IMG/VR virus record: IMGVR_UViG_3300031813_000004
Location: 1-64,000 of that record
Length of the DNA stretch: 64,000 nt
Strand: one strand, 5' to 3'
Origin: a virus
Taxonomy: Duplodnaviria > Caudoviricetes
Below the pieces are notes generated by a model. It saw nothing but the letters and a program-made list of their open reading frames with translations. It was not told where the DNA came from and searched no databases. This document shows, piece by piece, positions 56,885 through 64,000 of the stretch. How positions within the stretch are numbered: position 1 is the stretch's first letter; every line of letters starts with the position of its first letter. The translations under genes and the position numbers were made by a program.

Positions 56885-57850
56885 ATGAAAAAGTTTAGTA
56901 TCTTCTTATTTACGTTGTTAACTCTTATCCCTTCTATATCGTTCTCTAAAGGTTCATCTTCATTCTCTAGTGGAGGTGGTGGAAGTCGTTCGAGTTATTC
57001 TGGTGGGTCATCTTATTCAAATTCATCTAAATCTTCTGGTTCTTCTTATTCTAATAGTTATAGTAAACCCTCTACCCCTTCAACTCCATCAAGTTACTCT
57101 AATAGCTATTCTAAACCAGCACCTTCAAGTAGTTATAGCAATAGCGCTGGAACTACTTATAATAAACCAGTACAAACGGTTCAACCAAAATCACAATTTC
57201 AACAGAGAGCTAATGCTGGAATAACTAAACAAAATTCAACAAAAGCTTTAAGTGATTATAAAGCTCAACAATCCAAATTTAGACAAGCTCCTTCAAGTTA
57301 TACAAAAGTATCACCAAGATCTTATACAACTGTAAATCATTATAATGTTTCATCTGGAGATTATTATATTCATAGAAGTTCTTTTTATGGGCGTTATAAC
57401 TACCACCCAGCTTATATGTATAATAGTTATCCTTATTTTGGAATGTGGGACGGTATGGCATTATGGTTCATGTTAGACCATATCAATGACCGCCAATATG
57501 CAATGATGTATTACAATCAGCAAAATAATCCAGATATGATTCAATGGAGACAAGAAGCAAATCGTTTAGCTCAGGATAACGCAGATCTTAGAAATAAATT
57601 AAACCAAATGGATAATCAAACAAGAAATCTGAATGGACAACCTGTTGATCCTAGTTATATACCTGAGCAAATGAGAGATGTAGCATTCTCAGCTAATGCT
57701 ATAGAACAAGCAAATCAACAAGCTCAAGTACAACCTCAACAACAAATGAATTATCAACCACCTCAGCCAGTTAAAAAAGAAACACATTATATTGCATATA
57801 CTATAGCTGGAATTATAGTAATTTGTGGAGTTGTATGGTGGTTACTATAA
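56885..57850 (+). CDS. secreted or membrane-anchored Ser/Gly-rich protein
   Basis: Signal peptide, SSYSNS repeats, WDGMALWFMLD, C-terminal TM. Confidence 0.75.
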   Translation: MKKFSIFLFTLLTLIPSISFSKGSSSFSSGGGGSRSSYSGGSSYSNSSKSSGSSYSNSYSKPSTPSTPSSYSNSYSKPAPSSSYSNSAGTTYNKPVQTVQPKSQFQQRANAGITKQNSTKALSDYKAQQSKFRQAPSSYTKVSPRSYTTVNHYNVSSGDYYIHRSSFYGRYNYHPAYMYNSYPYFGMWDGMALWFMLDHINDRQYAMMYYNQQNNPDMIQWRQEANRLAQDNADLRNKLNQMDNQTRNLNGQPVDPSYIPEQMRDVAFSANAIEQANQQAQVQPQQQMNYQPPQPVKKETHYIAYTIAGIIVICGVVWWLL

Positions 57851-57863
57851 AAGGAGAAATTAA

Positions 57864-58859
57864 ATGGCTGAAGATGATCTTACAGAATTTTTGGAACAAG
57901 TTGGAAAGAATGTAAATAATAAAGGATCAATATCTAAATTAAAAGAAAGTCAATCATGCGGAGAAGATCAAGAAGAACCAGCATTAAGAATTAAAACTGG
58001 TAAAAATAAAAGAAAAATTGGTGATATTTGCCAATGGGCTGAATTAGGTAATAATTCTTTTGCATCTGTAAATAGTACTGTAGATGAATTACCACCTGGT
58101 ATTTATAGAGCATCATGGAGTAACCAACAAGTTATAATAACTCAATTAAATATTGTTTCTGATGAATTATTAAAATTACCTGATTCTACTAATTCAAAAA
58201 TTATTAATTCAATTACTACATTCTGGAATGCTAAATCTAAATTTGTTAAAAGAAATCAATTATTTAAAAGAGGAATGCTTTTATGGGGTCCGCCTGGAAG
58301 TGGAAAAACTGTGACAGTTATGCTTTTAACAAAAGAATTAGTTGAGAATGGAGGAATAGTTTTAAATTGTAATGATCCTCACCCAACATTAAAAGCATTA
58401 GAAGAAATAAGAAAAATAGAACCAGATAGACCCATTATATGTATTCTTGAAGATATTGATGAAATAATTAATCAATGTGGAGAGTCTACTATTCTATCAT
58501 TATTAGATGGAGAAAGTCAAATAAATAATGTTGTGTACTTAGCTACAACAAATTATCCTGATAGATTAGATCAAAGAATAATAAATAGACCCTCAAGATT
58601 TGATGAGGTGATCAAGATAGGAATGCCTCCTAGACACGTTAGATCATTTTATTTAAGATCTAGAATTACTAAAGAAGAATTAAATGATGAAGATTTAGAA
58701 AGATGGTTAGACGATACTAATGATTTAAGTATAGCACATTTAAAAGAATTAGTTATTGCAATATTCTGTTTAGGAAGAACATATGAAGAAACAATTGAAA
58801 GATTAAAGAAAATGAAAACTGTTTCAAATTTTAATGAATCTAAACTTGGTTTTGTTTAA
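57864..58859 (+). CDS. AAA+ ATPase
   Basis: GPPGSGKT, ILEDID, ATTNYPDRLD..NRPSRFD. Confidence 0.9.
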   Translation: MAEDDLTEFLEQVGKNVNNKGSISKLKESQSCGEDQEEPALRIKTGKNKRKIGDICQWAELGNNSFASVNSTVDELPPGIYRASWSNQQVIITQLNIVSDELLKLPDSTNSKIINSITTFWNAKSKFVKRNQLFKRGMLLWGPPGSGKTVTVMLLTKELVENGGIVLNCNDPHPTLKALEEIRKIEPDRPIICILEDIDEIINQCGESTILSLLDGESQINNVVYLATTNYPDRLDQRIINRPSRFDEVIKIGMPPRHVRSFYLRSRITKEELNDEDLERWLDDTNDLSIAHLKELVIAIFCLGRTYEETIERLKKMKTVSNFNESKLGFV

Positions 58860-58871
58860 AAGGAGATTAAT

Positions 58872-59582
58872 ATGATTTTAGAAATGTTGAAAGAAGCTAA
58901 TGAAAGAAAGATGAATAGACTTAAAAGTATGTTTACACCTAAACCCATTAGGTTTGATCTAAACCTCCCTTATGATATACAATTAGAAAGTAAAATTCAA
59001 ATTGGAGGAGATAAACCTAGTTTTGATTTAACTGTTAATAAAGCTAAACCTTTATGTTCTGGTAAAGTTGTATCTATTGGCCAGATTAATTTTCAATTAG
59101 GTGGTAATTTTAAAATTTATCGTTTCTATATTCAAGATTCTGAAAATAAAGAATTTATTTTACAAGTAGTTAAAGATTTGGATACCAATGAAAATATTGA
59201 AACTTTGTTATTTAATGTTGTTAATGAAGTATTTCCAGTTAGTGTTCCTGATTGGGAATTATGGTTAAATAGAGATGGAGGGTTATTAGGTTTTAAAGAT
59301 TTTACATTACCAACTGGAGAAATGTTTGTAAGAAGTATTCCTGGTGGAGATGATGATAAAGTTGCACCAATTGAAGTTAATGAACAAATAGGAATTGATC
59401 CATTTGTTCATGATGAATATTCAGTAGACCATGATATGGTATTTTATTCAAGAGCAATTGATGAAGAGAATTCTGAATATTGTATTATTAGTAAAGAGAC
59501 CGAAAAAGGTAATGATTTTATTAGAATTCTTAAAGGTGTTGAATTTGATACTGATAAAATCTTTGTATTTAACCTTAATTAA
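58872..59582 (+). CDS. DUF2491-like protein
   Basis: G.I.F..YRFY..LQV..P.S..DW..WL..LLG..F.R pattern recalled from that family. Confidence 0.45.
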   Translation: MILEMLKEANERKMNRLKSMFTPKPIRFDLNLPYDIQLESKIQIGGDKPSFDLTVNKAKPLCSGKVVSIGQINFQLGGNFKIYRFYIQDSENKEFILQVVKDLDTNENIETLLFNVVNEVFPVSVPDWELWLNRDGGLLGFKDFTLPTGEMFVRSIPGGDDDKVAPIEVNEQIGIDPFVHDEYSVDHDMVFYSRAIDEENSEYCIISKETEKGNDFIRILKGVEFDTDKIFVFNLN

Positions 59583-59594
59583 AAGGAGAATTAA

Positions 59595-60158
59595 ATGAAA
59601 GAATTACCAATAATTATTAAACCATCTGAATTAACTTTTTCAATATTTAGTAAAACAAAATCATTGATAGCTAGACCTCTTGGGACCCTTTTAATTGATA
59701 GTTCTATTTTAACTAAATTTCTGTTATCAACATTAGAAGGAGACCAAGGTTTAGGAAAAGAAGACACAATTGTTTGTGTTGGCCAATCTGATGATGTATG
59801 GCAACAACCTAAAAATAAATTTTTACAAAAATATGATGTAACTGATTTTACAACAGATGGATGGATGGTAGCAACACCAAAGCCAGAAAATAAAGTTAAT
59901 TCAGTTGAAGTTACTGAAGATATGACTCAAAATGGAGAATTTGCAATTATTGGGCAATGGGGGCAAAAAGGATATAAAGAAGGACCAATTCAATTTGGAA
60001 ATACTGGAGACTTTATTTGTCAAAATCAAACTGACTTAACAGATGTTTGGATTGTTAAACGTGGATTATTTAATTCATCTTATGAAGAAGTTAAATTATC
60101 TGTTGAATCTTCAAATATTGTAAATAATGTAATTCCACTTTTTAAGAAAGTAGTTTAG
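59595..60158 (+). CDS. hypothetical protein
   Basis: TLEG..DVW..F..KY and GDFI..DVWIV..F..SY internal duplication. Confidence 0.7.
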   Translation: MKELPIIIKPSELTFSIFSKTKSLIARPLGTLLIDSSILTKFLLSTLEGDQGLGKEDTIVCVGQSDDVWQQPKNKFLQKYDVTDFTTDGWMVATPKPENKVNSVEVTEDMTQNGEFAIIGQWGQKGYKEGPIQFGNTGDFICQNQTDLTDVWIVKRGLFNSSYEEVKLSVESSNIVNNVIPLFKKVV

Positions 60159-60176
60159 TTAAAAAGGATAATAAAT

Positions 60177-60464
60177 ATGTGGAAAAAAATTTATAGTGGT
60201 TTTGAAGATGTATTTGACCTACAAAGAGATGTTATTGAAGCTCTAGAATATGGAGGTGTTATCCCAAAAGGAATTGGTGGAGAATCCCAAGGAGAAGTAG
60301 TTGTAACTATAGAATACATTCCAAGTGAAGAAGAAAAAAGTAAATTAGGTATTTATAGTGAATGCCCTGAATGCAAAAAGAAAACATTAAGAGCTAAAGA
60401 ATTACATGAAGGTGGTGGAGTTATTTGTGTGGATAAAGAATGTGGGTATTGGTTTTGTTACTAA
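60177..60464 (+). CDS. Zn-ribbon hypothetical protein
   Basis: CPEC..C...C. Confidence 0.65.
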   Translation: MWKKIYSGFEDVFDLQRDVIEALEYGGVIPKGIGGESQGEVVVTIEYIPSEEEKSKLGIYSECPECKKKTLRAKELHEGGGVICVDKECGYWFCY

Positions 60465-60664
60465 AAAGGAGACTTAAAAATGGAAGAACCTAAAAGTTTA
60501 AAAATAATTGTTGATGAAGGTGATGACCAAGAGTTAGTTTTTAAAAATGTTTTAGAAACCGAATTAACTGAATATGAAGAAACAACCAAGTGGAGTGGAT
60601 TTTTCTGGGATAAGGTTTATACTAAAATTTAACAAAATCACACAAACCCTAAAAGGAGATTAAA

Positions 60665-62464
60665 ATGACCAAAGCGAAAGTCGTAGCTAAAACTCTTACA
60701 TCAGTTCTTGAAAATCCTACAATGATTAGTATCATGGATAGATCTAAAGATATTAATCCAATTATAGAAGAAGTAAATTCATGGCACGGTATGAACTTAT
60801 ATACACGAAAACCTGGAAAAGGCTATACAGACGATGAAGGTAATTATATTTCACATGATTTAGATCTTTCAGTTTTTCTATATGAATTAGCTGAAAGAAA
60901 TGCTATCATAAATATACCAGATTACAGTTCAATTCGCGCTACTAAATTAAAGGATGGGCAATCAATAACATCAAAAGAGAATCGCCATGGTCAGCTTTTG
61001 AATCTTATAGCAAATAAAGAAGTTTTTTCATTTAGTATTAGACTCAAAGATATGAATGTTGTAACTGAAAATTCAATTGGAGATTTTAGGAATTTTTCTA
61101 TTACATCACTTGATGGTGATTTTAGACCAGAATGGAATAATCTTCAATTCATGCCCAATGCAAAAGAGAATGAATTTCTAAATGAGTTTAAATTATTGGA
61201 TGAAAATGCTATTAAGTTTACAGAATTTATTCATAAAAATAGATGGCGATCATTATTTTCTCAATACTATTTTATGACTAAAGCTGCTATTGAAAGGATT
61301 ACAGAAGAGTCTAGTTATTACAATAATGAAATTAAAGCAATGTTAGCCGAAGGAATAAAATATCCAGGAGGTGGAGAAGCATTACAAGAATGGCCAGATA
61401 CAAGAAAAATACCAGGTGAAAAAATTAAAGTAAAAAGTTTTGAGGTAGAGATCGACATACCAGAAAGTACTTCAGTTTACCCAAAATATGAACATAATCA
61501 AGGAACACTTGTTGAATTAACAAATAAAAGAAAATGGTTGGTATATACTATTAAACCAAAGTTTACATATGCTACAAGAATCATCGAATTTGCATATTAT
61601 AAATTTGGAAATAATGGTGTAGCTCATTGGCTTAAGAATACTGATTGGCAAAATGATTACGTACAACCTGGAAAGAAAAAGAAGTGGAATCGTCTTATTC
61701 TTTTTCAACCATCACCGTTTCAACAAGGTGTTTCAATCAGGACTAGAATCTATGAATCTACACAAGAAGTTTCAGAAACTTATGCAGAAGCTCGTAAACA
61801 AGCTAATGCTGGTAAAGTTAAAAATGAAATTGCAATAATTCTTGATGAATCTTCTTCAATGAATATTATTAAGAATCCTATTATTGATTTGTTTAATTCA
61901 CAAGTTGATGTAGTTAAACAGAATTCAGAAGATACTGAAACATCTGTAAGTTTGGTAACATTTGCATCTAATGTAAAAAATCCTGTTCTTTGGAGACAAC
62001 CAGATTTTAAATTAAATAAAATAGGTCATGAATCTTATAGACCAAATGGTATGACTGCATTACATGATGCAATTGGTTTAACAGTTGAAAGATTTGAAAA
62101 AGAAAAATTAGATGAAAATACTAATTATTTATTTATAATTTTAACTGATGGTGATGAAAATTATTCTGAAAAATACAATCCTGATCGTGGTGGCTTGAAA
62201 ATTGGAGATTTGATTGAAAAATATGAATCTACTGGTAAGTGGACATTCACTTATATTGGGCCTGAAGGTCAGAACCAAAGTGTGATCCAAAATGTATTAA
62301 GAGTTAAAAAAGGCAATATGTCATCATTTGATGCAACAACTTCTAAAGGTGTTGGAGCTGCATCATTTAGTGTATCTAGAGGTTTAGATAGCTATATGAA
62401 GTCCTCAAAAGCTGGTAATACTCAAGTGAGTAACTTTTATGACGACTCAAAAGATAAGAAGTAA
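60665..62464 (+). CDS. protein with C-terminal VWA domain
   Basis: ILDESSSM, GMTALHDAIG, ILTDGDENYS. Confidence 0.85.
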   Translation: MTKAKVVAKTLTSVLENPTMISIMDRSKDINPIIEEVNSWHGMNLYTRKPGKGYTDDEGNYISHDLDLSVFLYELAERNAIINIPDYSSIRATKLKDGQSITSKENRHGQLLNLIANKEVFSFSIRLKDMNVVTENSIGDFRNFSITSLDGDFRPEWNNLQFMPNAKENEFLNEFKLLDENAIKFTEFIHKNRWRSLFSQYYFMTKAAIERITEESSYYNNEIKAMLAEGIKYPGGGEALQEWPDTRKIPGEKIKVKSFEVEIDIPESTSVYPKYEHNQGTLVELTNKRKWLVYTIKPKFTYATRIIEFAYYKFGNNGVAHWLKNTDWQNDYVQPGKKKKWNRLILFQPSPFQQGVSIRTRIYESTQEVSETYAEARKQANAGKVKNEIAIILDESSSMNIIKNPIIDLFNSQVDVVKQNSEDTETSVSLVTFASNVKNPVLWRQPDFKLNKIGHESYRPNGMTALHDAIGLTVERFEKEKLDENTNYLFIILTDGDENYSEKYNPDRGGLKIGDLIEKYESTGKWTFTYIGPEGQNQSVIQNVLRVKKGNMSSFDATTSKGVGAASFSVSRGLDSYMKSSKAGNTQVSNFYDDSKDKK

Positions 62465-62513
62465 TAAGGATATTCATTAATTATTAAGTACTCTTAAAAC
62501 GTCTTATTCTAAC

Positions 62514-62550
62514 CCTAGCTATAATATTAGAAATGGTATTATAGCTAGGT
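62514..62550 (+). terminator. hairpin terminator
   Basis: CCTAGCTATAATA...TATTATAGCTAGG followed by TTCTTT. Confidence 0.55.
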
Positions 62551-62573
62551 TCTTTCAAGGAGATTAATATTTA

Positions 62574-63779
62574 ATGAAATATGAATTAAAACAAAAATTA
62601 ATAGATGATTTTGGAGATATGTTTAATAACACTAAATTTGATAATGATTTAGGTGATGGGTGGTTTGAATTAATTTATAAATTAAGTATTGAAATTTCAG
62701 AATTACAACAAGTTATAAATAAACCCATATGTGTAATAGATATAAAAGACCAACATGGATATTTAGCATATTATACTTTTCCATATTCAGAAGAAGTTCA
62801 AAAAGTTATTAATAAAATATGTTCAAAATCATTATCAACATGTTCTATTTGTGGAAGTGAAGAAAATATTATTAGATTTAAAGGTAATGTTATTAAAACA
62901 ATTTGTGAAAAGTGTTCTTTAGGTTTTAGAGAAGATCATTTACCAGATATTCAATGTGAAGAACCTCCAGTTAAAATTCCAATTAAACAAGTTGGGGTTC
63001 AAAATGTTAGAGTGCCAATTAAAATAGATTCAAGAGATACAACTAGTCATGATGCAATTGCAAAAGTTTCAATTAGTACTAATTTAAATGAAAATACAAA
63101 AGGAATTTCTATGAGTAGATTGCATAGAAATTTAGTTCCACATTTAGAAACTCCATTAAAACATCAATCTTTAAAAATTATCTTAGAAGATATTAGAGAA
63201 AAAATGGATTGTGGATCTACTAATAGTTTTATTAAATTTGAATTTGAAATACAAAAAGATAAGAAATCTCCAGTTACAAATAATGTTGGACCTCAGTTTT
63301 ATAAATGTTCTTTTGAAGGTAGACTAATAGATAATACATTTAGATTCTTTGAAAAAGTTATAGTGCAATATGCATCATATTGCCCTTGTTCAGCATCTCT
63401 ATCTGAAAATTTAACATATTATGGGATGACTGGATTCCCCCATGCACAGAGATGTTTTGCTGAATTATTAGTAGAAGTTGATTTGAATAAGATAGTCTGG
63501 TTAGAAGACTTGATAGAATTAATTGAAACGTCTGTAAAGACGATACCATATCCTATATTAAAGAGAATAGACGAACAAGAAGTGGCAAAGATTGCGGCTA
63601 GAAATCCAATGTTTGTTGAGGATAGTATTAGAAATATTTGTAATTCAATAAATTCAAAAGATGGAATTATTGATTGGATTATTAAGTGTACACATGAAGA
63701 ATCTATTCATCCATCTGATGCAATCTCAATAAATTGGAAGGGAATAGAAGGAGGGTTAAATGGTCTAATTTATTTGTAG
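62574..63779 (+). CDS. folE2: GTP cyclohydrolase IB (FolE2) with fused N-terminal Zn-ribbon domain
   Basis: LPDIQ..QVGV, KGISMSR, YCPCS, HAQR, KRIDE, NPMFVED, EESIH. Confidence 0.92.
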   Translation: MKYELKQKLIDDFGDMFNNTKFDNDLGDGWFELIYKLSIEISELQQVINKPICVIDIKDQHGYLAYYTFPYSEEVQKVINKICSKSLSTCSICGSEENIIRFKGNVIKTICEKCSLGFREDHLPDIQCEEPPVKIPIKQVGVQNVRVPIKIDSRDTTSHDAIAKVSISTNLNENTKGISMSRLHRNLVPHLETPLKHQSLKIILEDIREKMDCGSTNSFIKFEFEIQKDKKSPVTNNVGPQFYKCSFEGRLIDNTFRFFEKVIVQYASYCPCSASLSENLTYYGMTGFPHAQRCFAELLVEVDLNKIVWLEDLIELIETSVKTIPYPILKRIDEQEVAKIAARNPMFVEDSIRNICNSINSKDGIIDWIIKCTHEESIHPSDAISINWKGIEGGLNGLIYL

Positions 63780-63787
63780 GAGTAAAT

Positions 63788-64000
63788 ATGATTGTACATG
63801 ATCCAGAACAATTTACAGGACATAAAAAACCAGAAAATTTTTCATTAAGTAGAGAATCAATATACATGTCTGATTATTCTATTAAAATTAGATTTGATTA
63901 TAATAACAATAAAAAATTATTAACATTAGTTGAAAAATCAAGAGGACATTGTAATGAAGATAAAGCATTTGAAATAATTAAAGATATTATTGATATCATA
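63788..64000 (+). CDS. hypothetical protein, truncated by the window end
   Basis: RBS AGGAG, ATG at 63788, open to the end. Confidence 0.5.
   Translation, partial: MIVHDPEQFTGHKKPENFSLSRESIYMSDYSIKIRFDYNNNKKLLTLVEKSRGHCNEDKAFEIIKDIIDII

Noticed and set aside
13927-63549. Numerous short minus-strand and nested ORFs in the ORF track
   Set aside because: They lie inside well-supported plus-strand genes and lack RBSs or motifs; treated as shadows.
1-64000. Stop-codon reassignment
   Set aside because: Long conserved genes are intact under the standard code and end in TAA, TAG or TGA at expected positions; no suppressor tRNA seen.

Overview
Very AT-rich, densely coding window with essentially all real genes on the + strand, consistent with a jumbo (giant) tailed-phage genome. 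It encodes two distinct multisubunit RNA polymerases. Set 1 has an intact beta (3276-7409) and a beta' broken into at least three genes, once by a naturally split intein at the catalytic NADFDGD site and once by a free-standing endonuclease. Set 2 has intact beta' (49267-51957) and beta (53147-56245). Also present: a cluster of nine tRNAs with aberrant tRNA-like elements and a candidate ~360-nt structured ncRNA, PncB, an IsrB/omegaRNA locus, a MoxR AAA+/VWA-peptidase pair, type II topoisomerase subunits, an SF2 helicase, SbcCD, QueD, FolE2, a radical SAM enzyme, a SpoU methylase, several homing-endonuclease-like genes and arrays of small Cys-rich paralogs. The most striking system is an apparently complete phage-encoded ubiquitin-like conjugation locus (41.5-48.8 kb): a giant E2-like protein, a JAB protease, an E1/ThiF, a Ubl fused to two Rho-N-like nucleic-acid-binding domains, and a second E1-like/E2-like pair. 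All assignments are from motif recognition by eye; no database searches were run.
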